Notes under the pieces: generated by a model
Databases searched by the model: none
Told to the model about the DNA's origin: nothing
Seen by the model: only the letters and a program-made list of their open reading frames with translations
Part shown: positions 15,558-30,185 of the stretch, piece by piece
Position numbering within the stretch: the stretch's first letter is position 1
Layout: the number at the start of each line of letters is the position of its first letter
Assembly: GCA_964016885.1 (NCBI GenBank)
Contig: OZ024742.1
Location: 264,306,001 to 264,370,000 of the forward strand
Reading direction: 5' to 3'
DNA length: 64,000 bases
Source: Eledone cirrhosa
Taxonomy: Eukaryota
Position numbers and translations under genes: made by a program

Positions 15558-15774
15558 GGTCCTGGTGGTATTGGAGGTCATCGCCATTGTCGTAATGAGA
15601 TTGATGACACACTTAGGTATGCAAAAAGTAAATAGATGCCAAATCGTAAATTTATTTGGAAATTCAGAATACAAAATAGGTTTTGAACATTTAACTTTTA
15701 ACCATTAATTGTGTAATTGGAGACTTAAGGAGTTCTGAAATTGTAATTATTTTTTCCGACTATGTTTCTGATAC

Positions 15775-15958
15775 ATTGGCAGTACCGGTAGAGGGTCGGA
15801 CACCATGCTTTGACGCAAAGAGTTACGGCCCTTTCCATTCTGAGTTCAAATCAAGGCGAGTTTAACTTTACCTTTCATCCTACGGGGTCGTTAAAATAAA
15901 GTACCAGTTATACACTGTAATAATTGCTGGCCTTGTGCCAAAAGTAGAATCAATTATT
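15775..15958 (+). mobile_element. SINE family 1
   Basis: ttggcagtaccggtagag head, gttcaaatc B box, ggccttgtgccaaaagtagaa tail. Confidence 0.8.
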
Positions 15959-16219
15959 CAGCAATTCTGATCATGTTGCTGGATGTTCTAACTGTTTATA
16001 TAGAAATGGTGTGTGCGGTATATATATGGGATGACTCAGCCAAAGAAATTATGGATACAATTTTGCTCCTTCCATTCTTTTGTCATTTTGTTATGTGAAA
16101 TGGAGCTTCACGGCAACGTTGTTCTGCTAGAAAACGGGTCGCATATGGCTTGGCTGCTCTCAATAACTCACTCAATAAGAAATGGTATCAATGTATACAC
16201 GGGACAACTATTTTCATAG

Positions 16220-16880
16220 CCTGCGCATCGGCGTTTCCTTGAGGCTCTGCCGCCGGATCTGCGAGCCACACTAATGTCGCTGCGGATCCACCGTGGACTC
16301 TTTCGTACTCCACCCGCTTTCCTGTCGCCACAGTGCCGTCCGCCTTCCTCGCCATGCTGCCCTCAAGGAGGTCATAAAGTATGGCTTAAACGCTGCCGGC
16401 TTTTTTCCCCAGCTCGAGCCAGTGGGGCTGGACCGAGGGGACGGCAAAAGGCCAGATGGCATGACCATCTTCCAGTTCGGCGGTGGCAAAACCCCTCGTC
16501 TGGGATCCTACTTGCACCGACACTTTCTGCAGCCGCAACCTGGTGCAGTCTGCGACTAACCCAGGTTCTGCTGCACGTCGGGCTGAAGAGGCCAAACTCC
16601 TCAAATACGGGTCGCTCTGCGACAGGTTTGCGTTTGTACCTCTGGCAGTGGAGACTACTGGTGTCCTCGGCCCCAGGGCTACCTCCTTACTCACCACCAT
16701 AGGCGCTGAGCTGGCAAGCCGCAGGTGTGAACTCCTCGAGTTGGAGTGGCTTTTCCAGCGCGTCTCCCTTGCCGTCCTCCGGGGGAACGCCTTCCCCATC
16801 TGTCCGCCGAGGCTGTGGGGTGAGGGGTGGCATCGCGTAACATTCCATATTTAGGTATCCGAAACGTAAAACTTTATTGT
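16220..16880 (+). mobile_element. CRE-clade non-LTR retrotransposon, restriction-like endonuclease end
   Basis: RHAAL..EP..DGKRPDG, LVWDPTCTDT, KLLKY, FVPLAVETTG, QRVSLAVLRGNA over one frameshift. Confidence 0.85.
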
Positions 16881-17011
16881 AGTGATCATCTGCTATATAC
16901 AATGTCTATACTATAACAACAATAATATTGCTTATTCGCTGTATAAGAAAGAAAGTGACTATTTTCACAGTGTTAAAAAAAATGTATTTCTAATGGAGCG
17001 GTTGCAGGTAG

Positions 17012-17040
<29 letters not shown>

Positions 17041-17049
<9 letters not shown>

Positions 17050-17254
17050 AAACGAAAAATCAGTGATGGATCTGGACTCAATTTATTGTGAGAACATTTG
17101 TTCCGAAATTATTGCCAGTGTCCGACGAACCAGCAGTTCTAGAATCAGACAGATCCATAAAATGATCGTGTCTCGAGCCGTCTGCCAGCAAAACAATTAT
17201 AACACACAATAAATTGAGTCCAGATGCATCACTGATTTTTCGTTTTATATTATA
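17041..17254. repeat. Inverted repeat (17041-17090/17205-17254) beside (TA)n
   Basis: taatataaaacgaaaaatcagtgatggatctggactcaatttattgtg and its reverse complement. Confidence 0.85.
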
Positions 17255-17326
17255 TCATATTCTGCTCTGTGAGAACATACAGTGCTCAACTGGCATACCG
17301 CCTATGGAAGCATCATAGCTACCATT

Positions 17327-17410
<84 letters not shown>

Positions 17411-17587
17411 TTACTAATAATAGAAACGACGATTTTTTAGGTCTTCATTACGTTTATTGAGTAGTGACGGGCGTTTCACGATTGATCAGTTCAAGGTTCG
17501 ATCTGTATCGATCTGACCGACTCTGGTATCAGGAGCTTCTCTGACTTCTGTTATGGTAATGACAGAATGAACCTCTTAGGGTTTTGA

Positions 17588-17826
17588 AACAGAGCTATGT
17601 AATTAGAAAGTGAACAACACAAAATATAACTACTCCATTACCAAATGTTTCTGGTTCCCAGACAATATTAATATACGTCTGGATGGGTCTTCAGAGATAT
17701 TATCATAACATCTCTGTCTGATGACCGATACAGACGTATATTAATATTGTCTGGGATCCAGAAACATTTGGTAATGGAGTAGTTATATTTTGCGTTGTGT
17801 ACTTTCTAATTAAATAGCTCTGTTCT
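17588..17826. mobile_element. Fold-back HHR cassette, family C
   Basis: About 110 bp arms with about 15-20 bp spacer; HHR in each arm. Confidence 0.85.
17712..17779 (+). ncRNA. Type I hammerhead, family C (mirror copy 17633-17697 on minus)
   Basis: ctctgt-CTGATGA-..cagac/gtctg..-GAAAC-atttg-GTA-atggag. Confidence 0.7.
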
Positions 17827-17902
17827 AAACATAGAACACTCTTTTTTCCTTTGCTTTTCCTTAGAAATTACCTAACACACACACACAGACACGCACACCC
17901 AC

Positions 17903-18612
<710 letters not shown>

Positions 18613-20796
18613 TGTATATATATATATATATATATAAACGCAGAGGGGCGAAATCGACGGTAGTACCTTTCTCACTTGTTGTCAAGACTACATACCCCTT
18701 CACTTCTGCCGAGAGTTATAGAAGCTGGATTCTTATAGAATTCCAGTTATGTTTATGAGCTGTTTAAACTCATCAACATACAGAGAGGTTGACGGCCCAG
18801 CAAAAATTAGAAATTAATATTGGTGCTCTGAAATAGCGATGTATATATATGAATGTACGTATAGTATATTTGATAATATATTGTATGTTTATTTAAAAAC
18901 ATTTTGAAGACCATTCGCTGTGAATTTTGAAGTAGTGACTACGTCACGTACTTAGTCTCGGCAAGAGCAAATGTGAGTAAGAGACTGAATAAAGAGACTG
19001 AATAAAGACTGAATAAAGACTTAATAAAGAGGAAAAGATTTGAATTTCTTCAAATACATCAGTCCACTGTCATAGGGTCAAATAATGGAGGTAGCAACAA
19101 GTGGTCATTGTGTGAATACACACACGCACGTAACCACATATACGCACACACTCACATATATATACACATCAAGCAACAGGACTGACACAATTATACATCA
19201 TACATATATACATACACTCATACACATGCGTACATATACATTATATACAGCTACCCCTACTTTAGTCAACTGGTATTTCAAAAGTAAAGCAAGTTCTATA
19301 AATTTGCACAAAAGTGTGATGAAATTATGTTTATGATCAGGGCTCCGTTCTTAAAAGGTAGCAGGAGCTCTGTATAAAGGAGGATCCTTTTCCGAGCAGA
19401 GTAGTCTGTTTGATGTGGGGGAGCCAAGTGCAATCGCCCCCTCAATTCCCCGATAAATCCGGCCCTGTGCCGAGTCCGTCGCCTTCGAAAGTTACCAACC
19501 AGCATCTTAGGGTATACTTCACTATAGCTCACTAAGTAAATTGCTCCCCGAACTGTATGATGGAGGGAAAGATTTGGCTATCAACAATAGGAAAGTGGCT
19601 GTCTACACCCACAAGTATTATAGATTGATTTTTATATGTAGACAAGTAATATCTTAAAGCGGTAGTCGGAGAATAGAAACTCCATGTTGCTACATAATTT
19701 AGATTTCAAAGTAGCGTGTAGTGATAGAGTTTATAAAAATTAGTGGTGGTTATACTGCTAACAAAGGAAACACACGGTTGTCGATCTTGAAACATATGAA
19801 CAAAAATGTTGATAATATTAATGTTGTAACTCCCAATTCTAGGAGTCAATATCCAACCATAAATGTATTTCACAATTCAAAAGTTCTTAACAAAGTCGTT
19901 TTATCCACCTTTTATAATTAATGGTGAGCTGTTCTACTCTCTGCGAGAGAACATTTGCGATTTCACATGATTCTATTATTAGTAATTAACATAACAATAT
20001 AAGACACTTATACAATATGCAATACTACGTTCTACATGCCACTAATTGCAAATCTACAGCGGACCATTTCTTTTCAATATAATTCAATCTATGTGAATAG
20101 TAGCAAATTGGCTCTTCAGTTTGCATTACTTCAAGAAGCTATTGGTGGTACTAAGATGTCTCTTTCAAGATTCTGCATCGAAGCAATTACTGTTTTTGAT
20201 TGTAAATAGTATCAAAATATTTAATTGATAATGGAAAACGTTGTTACTGTTTAACTTCAAACAAGGGTACTAGACTGTGAGCAAACTGTTTTATCCATTT
20301 TGAATAATATAGAATTAACCCAATAAAACATTTACTCTTTTTAGTATTTCCAAACTCAGAAAACCCAAGCAGTGTTTTGCAAAATAGTCATCGGAACTGT
20401 CCTTTCTCTTTAGACGAAGCTGTGAAAACATATTGTAGTTCTGGCAAACTGGATGGTGTTCTCAGGAATAAAATATTTAACCTCATCTGTCTATCCTTTT
20501 AATTACAATAACCCAAAAGAACATTATTTACCTGGTTACAATTAGAGAATTAATAGGACCATCCTCTAAATCTACGCCACCCCTTCTCATAGCCCCCTCA
20601 CCGCCAGAAGCAATTTTGGAAGGTACGCAACTTTATATGTTCTGGGAGATTTCTCTTTACTTGGAAGTTTGATATGAAATATTAAGGGCAGTCAGTTGGA
20701 GTTTTATTTGCTGATTAATGTTTGCATATGTTTGTGCGCATTCATCTGTGACACTATCTACACATTGTGTATGTTTATATACATGTGTGCGTGAGT

Positions 20797-20829
<33 letters not shown>

Positions 20830-21077
20830 CATGTAAACACACGCACACATAGACATATACAGACGTTGTTTTACCCAGTCGACATCAAAGTCATGTTTCC
20901 AATAAAGTAGAAACCCACTGAAGGGGTGGGGTGATGGAAGTAGCACATTACTCAAAATAGAAATGATTCCTTACCTTCTCCAATACCCAAAGGTACACTC
21001 ATGAATGCACACACTTACATTCAGACTTTGGCACACGCGTATGTTTGTATGTATGTATGTACGTATGTATGTATGTG

Positions 21078-21126
<49 letters not shown>

Positions 21127-21196
21127 GTGTGTGTGTATGCATATATATATGTGTATATATATATATATATATATGTATGTATATATGCATATTTAT

Positions 21197-21242
<46 letters not shown>

Positions 21243-21519
21243 TTGTATGTACGTTCACACAAACATATGTGCAAATGCATTATCTATTCACACACAAGTG
21301 CGCATAATTGATTTCCCAGATAATCACAAACATCTTATACACTAATGCTGAACACATACAGACACAGAATACTAAATACTCACAATTTGACACACTCATA
21401 GAAACATTAATACATGCATAAAATCATAGGTAGACACTCACACACATTAACACATGTATACGATCATATATTTCTTCATATACATATCCACAAATATATT
21501 TGCTCTCTTCACCCCCCCC

Positions 21520-21574
<55 letters not shown>

Positions 21575-22399
21575 CATATAATCATATGGTTCAGTGTACA
21601 TGTACATATGCATACATATCCACCGCACACTTTCATATATATATATATAAGAACGGAAATCTCCGATCTTTAGCAGATTACTCTGGATTTTTGGTAGGTA
21701 AACAGGGACGAGAACATTGCTTAGAAACCTACCACGATGATATCTGAAATTTGGAAGGCGTCGTTGGCAAGATGTAAACATCATGAAGGACAGAAAATTA
21801 TGTGTGGATGACGCGCAGGCATAAAAACAAGTAATTTCGACGGACTTGAAAATTGTAAATATACACCAGGGATAAAATCATACAGAAGTAGAAATAAAAA
21901 GGCTGTGATACCTAGGTTAGACAGCCAGTCGTCGAACATAGGAGACAGATATAGGCAACATGGAAAATTCAACGATAGAGGAAGAAAAAGAGCCCATTTA
22001 AAGGCAGAGAACAAAGACAGATAATCTAGTAGACAATGAGAAAGAGAATCCAAAAGTATGGAAAATGAGAAAGATATATCTAGTCATAGTGATTTATGTT
22101 TCTGATTTATGCATACGGCCAAAGATTTGAAGAGGGGAAAGTCGATTGAATAGACACCAGTGCATTACTGGAGCTTTATTTTATCGACCACTTAAGGCAA
22201 AGCCAACAACGGTTGAAAATGAACTCAGAAGGCGTAACTCTATCTCGTAAAGCATGTTGTTTGACACTCAACTGATACTGCTAAAGTCACAGTTAATAAT
22301 GGAAACCAAAGTCAGAGAATCCTTTTCTTTTCGTATCACTACCCGTGATTTATTACATATTGCAACTCATCGAAATATTCATTCATCCCTGTTCACGGC

Positions 22400-22515
22400 T
22401 ATCAGAGATGAGTTGGCTGCCTGCATGTGCAGCCGCCGTAGGGTGGAGTGGCTGTTCCATTGCGTCTCCTTGGCCGTCCCTCGGAGCAATGTATTCTCCA
22501 TCCTCTCGGTCGAGA
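22400..22515 (+). mobile_element. CRE-clade LINE 3' remnant
   Basis: EWLFHCVSLAVPRSNVFSILS. Confidence 0.6.
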
Positions 22516-22639
22516 CCAAAAAAAAAGATAGATGGAGGTGGAGGAAACTCGTTCGGACGTCAGACACACACATACACGATGATGGCTGCTCCCTCGTTAT
22601 CGAGTATGGCTATTGCACGATAAAAATAAAGAACACTCG

Positions 22640-23720
22640 TATATTAATAATTAAGGGTGCTGCGATTGAATGTGGCTTTTTTAGCCCAGCCAATGATCTA
22701 AAATATCTTGCACAGAGTTGGCAACCAAAACATTCACTATGCAATAGCCGGTTGTGGTTGGACTTCATGAGCTTTTGCATGTCGTATGAGCCCTCCTGCT
22801 GATCTACACTCTTTCCCACATGCTTGGCAGGCATGATGAGTAGCATCTCCATCAGCAGCCTGGTAGTCAACCACAGGTCTTATTTTATGACTGCGAAGGT
22901 GACTTTCGAGTCCAGCTTTGCTGAGGCAGAGCCTTGCACAGACCCTGCATGCCAGCTCCATAGGATGACCTTTGCTGTCTGGAAATGCAACAGCAATGCC
23001 TTTCCTCACATCCCTTTTTACTTTCTCAGATGCGATCCGAGATGCTTCTAAAGCAACTTTCCTCTCATGTAGAGTCTATCTCCATTTATTACGATCAGCA
23101 GCTACGCTTTACCGTGTATCAGCAGAGATGTGAGCGTCTTTCAAGGAGCCTTTCAACGAATCCTTATACCTCTTTTTTTGTTTATGTGGAGGTCGTTTTC
23201 CTTTAACTAACTCTCCATAAAAGAGTTGTTTTGGTATCCTAGAATCCTTCATCCAGGCAAGGTGACCACTCCATCGGAGTGCTTCCACACACAGAGCTTT
23301 CCAAAATTATGACATCCCTGATGTGGTCCCTCCATTGAACGCCATGGATCCGTCTGAGCCACATCTAATGAAAACGTTCCAACTGTTTAAGGTAGTGTCG
23401 ATATATGACCCAGGTCTCACAGGCATAATGAAGAGAAGAGAGCACACATGTCTTGTACACCTTTAACGTTGTATTCTTGCATATATCTCGCCGACCCCAG
23501 AGGCGAATTTCTAGCTTTCCGAAAACATCACTTGCTTTCCTAATCCTGAGTGGAATTTCCTTATCAAGATTGCTGTATCGATTGACAGTGCTTCCCAGGT
23601 AGACAAACTGATCAAGCACTCTAAGTCGTTTACCATACACATAGATATTTGGTTCCTTGTACTGCTTACCAGGGGCAGGTTGGTACATGACAACGGTTTT
23701 CTTGAGACTGACAGTCAATC
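22640..23720 (-). mobile_element. RTE (BovB-like) LINE 3' part with C2H2 fingers
   Basis: GLTVSLKKTVVM, FVYLGS, YACETW, LERFH; CRVC..HLRSH, CQAC..HAKAH, CQLC. Confidence 0.85.
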
Positions 23721-23901
23721 CTATGTATATGCATACATACTTACATAGACACATACATACATACATACATACATACATACATACATACATACATGCCAAT
23801 TTCTTGTTATATATATATATTAATATATATTTACAGACATTCTGTATATTCTAGAAAATATATATTTTCACTAGATCTGACAGTTGGCACGTAAACAGTA
23901 T

Positions 23902-23948
23902 ACGGTACTGATGAAGGATAATAATCCAGAAACATTAGTGTTTGCCGT
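23902..23948 (+). ncRNA. Type I hammerhead, family D
   Basis: acggta-CTGATGA-a-GGAT-aata-ATCC-a-GAAACA-ttag-TGTT-tgccgt; all three stems pair. Confidence 0.8.
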
Positions 23949-24094
23949 TCTGTTATATGCCAACACAAGAGCAAGAATGACAGGGTCATTCTACTGACAT
24001 GGCTTAAGAGGCTGATTGCATAATTGCAAACGAATTGATTATAATTATTAATATTCGAAAAACTCTGATTTACATAAATATATATATATATACA

Positions 24095-25580
24095 TAAGCA
24101 TAAGGGATATGTTTATGTTTGCACGATTGAGAAAAGAAAGATAAGAACGATTTCGAAAGCACCTGCATACCGAAATATGGCTTTATTAAGATTCTGTAAA
24201 TTGTGTATCGAAGAAATTTTTTATATAATTAACTGTCAAATCTCTATTAATCCAGAACAGAATTATTTTCTTCTTACAAACATCGCCAAAATTCCACGTT
24301 CAGAACTATTTTTAATTTATAATATTCCTATACACCTTCAAAATGATCCTACCTTTTTAAAAATGTAAATTTTTTAAATATTTTTTTAACATTTTTAATA
24401 TTTTTTAAATATTTTTAATATTTATAAAATGTTTTAATATCTCTAATATTTATAATATTTTTAATATATATATTTAAAATTTTAATTTCCGACATTATTT
24501 TAATTCTAACATTATTTTTAATTCTAACATTATTTTTCTAAGGACACCCCTCTAAATATATTTTTAGATGTAGATTGATAATCTTTAAATGACATTCTAA
24601 AAATGTATACTCTTTACGATAGATCTTCGAAAAACACATTACATTTTTCTTCTCTCTTTTTGTTATTCAAACATTCACACATCTTTCGACTAAAATAATG
24701 GATCTCACACAAAATAATATATAATTTTCTCTCTATATTTTGGAGTAAATCATTCATCTAATTTAATGGTTAATAAACAAAATTGGAGTTATCTTTCCTT
24801 TCTCAATCGTGCAAACATAAACATATTATGTTTGATAATCTCTATAGCTTCGCTAAATTAACAATATTCTGAAAACATTTTCAATGTTGAACAAAATTTT
24901 TGAATCCACTAATTTTTCTACTCTCACAACTTCAACCACCTATTTTTAAGTAAAATACAAAATCAACTTCCTTCGTAACTTATATTTGATTTATAAACAA
25001 CTAATAATTATAAATTATATCTATCTCTATAATACTAATACATACGCAATTATTAATATATATATAGAGGTATTTATATACATTTAACCTATCGTAATGT
25101 AATAAGATAAAAATACTTACAACCATAATTCTTCATATAATCTAATTGATTATATATATACAATATATAACTCATAGAATAATATATAACTCATAGAATA
25201 GGTATATAAATTTTCCCCCAAATTAACGTAAATGCTAGTTCTTCTTCCTTTCTCTTCTTTCCTACGCATACAATAACTTATCATAATTATTTAAATTTTC
25301 CATAGCGTCTAAAATAACGTTTTTTTCAGCCCTTTTACCTAAACCTCATTTGCATACTCATCTTAATAATTTGAAATATCTGACTTTTCTTCTCTTATCC
25401 CATCACTATCCAAGGATAACTTGAACCGTTAAGGTATATTCTCCTTGGTTATGTCAAAATTTATAAAACGCACTTCCTATTTTATCTGATGATAGCGTAC
25501 CAAAATTGTGGTACCCTTGAAATATATATAATAGAATAAATATGGTTTTATAAATAGTTTCCATTTATTTAATATCATTG
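24095..25580 (+). mobile_element. 5'-truncated PLE remnant: endonuclease tail, AT-rich 3' UTR and HHR, between (TA)n tracts
   Basis: FCKLCIEEIFYII resembles the PLE C-terminal CxLC..E motif; 38 bp inverted copy 24105-24143 of 24791-24828; 3' end also at 8296-8355. Confidence 0.6.
25478..25538 (+). ncRNA. Type I hammerhead, family E
   Basis: tattttat-CTGATGA-..GTACCA/TGGTAC..-GAA-ATATATAT-A-atagaata; 8 bp stem I, palindromic stem III. Confidence 0.8.
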
Positions 25581-25644
<64 letters not shown>

Positions 25645-26368
25645 CGCGCCTGTGTGTATACGACAGGCTTCCGTAATATCCGTCTACAAAATTTCACTCT
25701 CCAGCCATTGGTCAATTGAAAGCTACAGTAGAAGACACCCTCCCAATTTTCCACAAAGCATGACTGAACCCAGGATCTCGAAGCTAAATACTTACCCATA
25801 CACCCATGCCAGTGCCTTTAATGCAATTTTAATTTCATACTCCGCATCATACTTATTTCCATTTCATGTTATTTGTTATTTTATATCTCTCAATTTCTTT
25901 CTAGGCTATGTTTTGGTTGGTAGAAAATCAAAATGTCTACTAGAGTGCATAGGCTTTCATTTTCGAAATTTCATTATGATATCGACGTGTTTTGTTTTGA
26001 TTTCCTTATCAATCTGAACAGACGTTTCCCAGAGTTTTATATCTATGAAAGTGTCACACATTGGTTTTTGTTTATGTCTATAAACACTTATTATTAGTTT
26101 TATAAAGGATGGTGAATGAGCGAATTGCTAGATCACCAGAAAAATGTCATCAAGCTTTTCGTTACGTTCCTATATATGTTCTATATATATGTTGCGTTCA
26201 AATCACATCAAAGTCAACCTTGTAGGTCCCCCTGCCTGGTGTGATAATCGGCTTTATGTATTTTTCAGAAATTCCTTTTGTCCTTCAACCTTATGGCAAA
26301 TAAACATATTATTGAGTATGTATAATGTGGTTTTCGGTGTTGTTTCCATTGTTTTAAAAATACCATTT

Positions 26369-26650
26369 GTCGCCTAGTAGTAAGGGTGTTGGACTTACGA
26401 TTGTAATGTCGTGGGTTCGGTTCCTGTATTGCGTGTTGTGTTCTTGAGAAAAACACTTCATTTCACGTTTCTCCAGTATACTCAGCTGAAAATGAGTACC
26501 AGCAATAGCTGGGGGGGGGGTTAACCCTGCGATGGACTGGCGCCCTGTCCAGGGGGGAGTCTTGTGCTCTCAGTCGCTTCACATGATGAAATCGGGGTAA
26601 GCACCGGCTCAACGCGCTGCTTGCACCGGACGAGAGCATGCATGCATGCA
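26369..26650 (+). mobile_element. tRNA-derived SINE, family 3
   Basis: tRNA-like head, CORE-like block, taaccctgcgatggactggcgccctgtccaggg, (ATGC)n tail. Confidence 0.75.
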
Positions 26651-26779
26651 ATACAAATGCAGTACATATTAGCTCAGTTTTCTGTATGTTGTATATTTTT
26701 GTCAGTTCTGGAGTTGGGCTTTATGTACCTTCTTGTGTGTTTTTTATCATCATCAGAGCAGCTATAATTATAAAAATTC

Positions 26780-28330
26780 TTTCTGTTTTATCATCCACAT
26801 TTGAAGACTGATATGTCGATTACGAGGCAGCTCTTTTCTTTGTAGTCTCGTCGATTGGCTTTCATCTCTCTATCTGTGTGTATTGGCATATCCCAGAGTG
26901 TGGAGACTGTCTTTCTCTGACACCATTTCATGCGTATGCCTATATTACCTCTTTTCTGTTAGTATTTCATACTGGTGGCATCAGTTTTAGTGTATGTAAA
27001 ACCTAACTTTGACTTGTTTGTGGACCTATTTCTTTCTTAAAACTGTGTAGCCTGAGAAAATGTGGCTAATAGTCTCTATAGTTACTTAATATGATCCGTT
27101 GTTTCATTGTGTACATTTCGTGGTTTCTAAAGAAGAGGCTTTGATCTTGAGCTGCAATTAAAAATCCTGCGCTACTTGCTAGTATTAAGATTCCTTTCTT
27201 CTCTATTTCCTCATCTTCCCAGCCTTTTCGGCTATTAGCTATGTAGGGGATTTTCTTCTTGTTGTTTTAGTATGGCCTTCTGGCGATGTTTTTCGTTTAG
27301 ATGTTAGCGTTTTTACCAATTCTGCTGACGTTCCTCCGTTTCTTTTCTTTTTTTCTTTTCACTTTTCATTTTCATCATAGCTATTTGTTCATACAGCTTC
27401 TATTTCATATTTGTTGGCTTCCTTGAAAATAAAAAACATTTTTTCCTTGAAAATAAAAACAGTTTTTGTTACCTACGGGATGGAAAGTTCATAGGCTTAA
27501 TATGAAGGATTGATGCTAGAGCTGGGAAATGTTGCATGCATTAATTTCAACTCTTCTTATTGATAACTACATTGTTTCTTTCCAGGGACTATGTTGAAAA
27601 ATAAACCTAATTTGATCATTCCATGAGAGTATCTTGGTCAGTCTATGAACCTTTTAGCCGACCCTCGTAGTTATTCGAATTAATTCTTCATTATTTTTCT
27701 CTAGGTATTTTATAGTAGTTTTATCGTCACACGAAACACCTATCTCTTTGTGTTAGTGGTAAATATATATATTCACGTGCTACATACTGGGTGGTGTTGT
27801 CCAAATGCAGTAATTATTTTTATTGGTTTTCGATCTTGTCCTGCAAGTTCGTTTAGTTCCCGTTAGGAATATTAAAACTGTGGCCTACCTTATTTTTTTC
27901 ATTTGAATTTAGGTATGATTAAATTAGTAATCTAATGCGGTGATATTATTCGTTTCTAATCCATTATTTTATTTGCGCATACTATGCACTGCCTAGTTCA
28001 TCGATTTCTAAGTATTTGTATATCTATTTGATCTAATTCTCTTATCTCAGCTTCTTTATCTGGCATCATATTAGCATTTTAATATTTGGTACATTTTCTA
28101 GGCAAAATTTCATACCTAGTTCTATTGTAAATCTGTGCATTATCTGCTGCAAAGTTTCCAGTTGTCTATCGTCTACAGCGTACTGCTTGAGATCATCAAT
28201 ATACAAGATGTGGTTAATTTTCTTGCAGTAGCATTTGTAAATGAGTTCAGTTAAAATTGTCAGTGCTTGGTGGAATAGCAGTGAAGAAAGGGCGGCTCCT
28301 TAGAACATTCCTCTGTAGATTGAGATGGCC
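26780..28330 (-). mobile_element. Highly decayed R4/Dong LINE
   Basis: Minus-strand RGMF*G..LSSLLF, INHILYIDDLKQYA, GFLIAAQDQ. Confidence 0.6.
27473..27670. mobile_element. Mariner MITE, deletion derivative of the 46571-47768 family
   Basis: aagttcataggct...gcatgcattaatttcaactctt matches the mariner 5' end; right TIR ctatgaaccttttagccgaccctcgta. Confidence 0.75.
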
Positions 28331-29120
28331 TCACTTTTTGTATTTCATGTTATTGTTGCTGTTGTTATTTCTGTTACTCTTCTCCTTCAGGAGACACTGA
28401 TAGAAGAGCAGTTACCTAAACTGGCTAAATATAATGTAATCTAAACAGACAAGTACTGTTTTTGATAAATTGACTTTCTGCACCTGACCAATACTAGTTC
28501 TGACCAGCGTAGTGTGCGCATGAGTGTGTGCGCGCCTGCATGTGTGTGTGTATTTGTGTGTAAGAATGAATTGCCATATAAGTTTGAAGAGAAAGAGTGA
28601 GGGAATCTGTAATTGTGCCAGTGTTTTGTTTTGGAGGCTTCTTCTTCTTCTTCTTCTTCTTTACATTTATTTCTGAAAACAACAGTTTTTCTTTGTTTGT
28701 TACTGGTTTAATATGAACATTTATGTCTGTAATAGTAGAAATATTGCTACACACACCGCCACAAAGTTGATTGAAACACAGTTGAAAAAGAACTGATACG
28801 AAGTATACTCAAATTTAGATGACACTAAATAGGCACAAGCAACTACAACTGATCGTTTACTGGCATTGTCGATCCGAAACGAAACAATTCCAGATAAAAG
28901 GAACACGCGTGTCACAAAACAAATTACTTCCTTGCTCCTTGCCATACATGTAAAAAAAAACGAAAAAAAAAAACCGTCAGAGTGGGAAACAACCTTTTTG
29001 TCTTTACAAAAAGGCAGAGTTATTAATATGCATTCTAATAAGGAGTTGGAGGAAGACCTATCCGTCGGTTGAAGGATAGTTGTTCCATCGACAAGAGTAG
29101 GGAATATAGAAGCATATGCT

Positions 29121-29316
29121 TAGGCGGTGGATTGCCAGTATCGGTAGAGTGTCAGACACCATACTTTTCATCATAGAGTTATGGTCCTTTACGTTCTGAG
29201 TTCAAATCCTGCCGAGGTTAACTTTGCCTTTCATCCTTATGGGGGTCAATAAAATAAAACACCAGTAATGCACTGGGGTAATTATTGGCCTTGTGCCAAA
29301 AGTAGAAACAATTATT
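29121..29316 (+). mobile_element. SINE family 1, full length
   Basis: A box, B box gttcaaatcc, ttgcctttcatcc core, agtagaaacaattatt tail. Confidence 0.85.
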
Positions 29317-29621
29317 TTAGACTGAGGATGAAGCTAGAAAGCAAGTAGGATTCATACATCACACGCCTGCTCACACGATGGTGCCGCAATGCATGGATAG
29401 AGGAAATATAAATGCCACAGCCAGTAACATTAGTGTTGACATGGATCTTTGGGCCAGAGACAACTTTGTAGCACAGAATAGACAGGTTGTGAGCGCAGAG
29501 TTGATAGACAACAGCAGTAATATCTAGCTTTGGATAACATTCGAAGACCTCAAGCCAATCTCGGAGTTTTATTATATAGTAAGAGTGAAAAGGAGGTTAA
29601 TTAATTGAATTAGAAGTAGGG

Positions 29622-29659
<38 letters not shown>

Positions 29660-30046
29660 AGGGCATGAAATTTAACTAAAATGCATTACCTTCCATTTAT
29701 ATATACAATTACGACTCCAAATTCAAAGATTTCTTTTTATAAATGATGTAAAAGAAGCAGTTTACCTATTATTTAACCCTACATTCATTTTAATGTTCAA
29801 ATTAATGGTATTTCTGGTCATGTTCGGATAATAGAGATAAAGTCAATCCCGGTGAGAGAGAAATTCATAACTTCAATGTATGTACCTAGATAATGAAGAA
29901 AGAAAAAGAAAGAAAATCAAAAGTCAGTCAGTATCATAATCGAAGCATGACATTTGCTTCTTTTTATACATCATTCTAAATAACTGAGATAAACGGCCTT
30001 TCATTGTTTTGACTTCAGAAATTATGGAGTACGTGACGTACGCTCA

Positions 30047-30185
<139 letters not shown>

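Noticed and set aside
19338-19468. hAT-like MITE (cagggc...ggccctg)
   Set aside because: Very short TIR match and no 8 bp TSD
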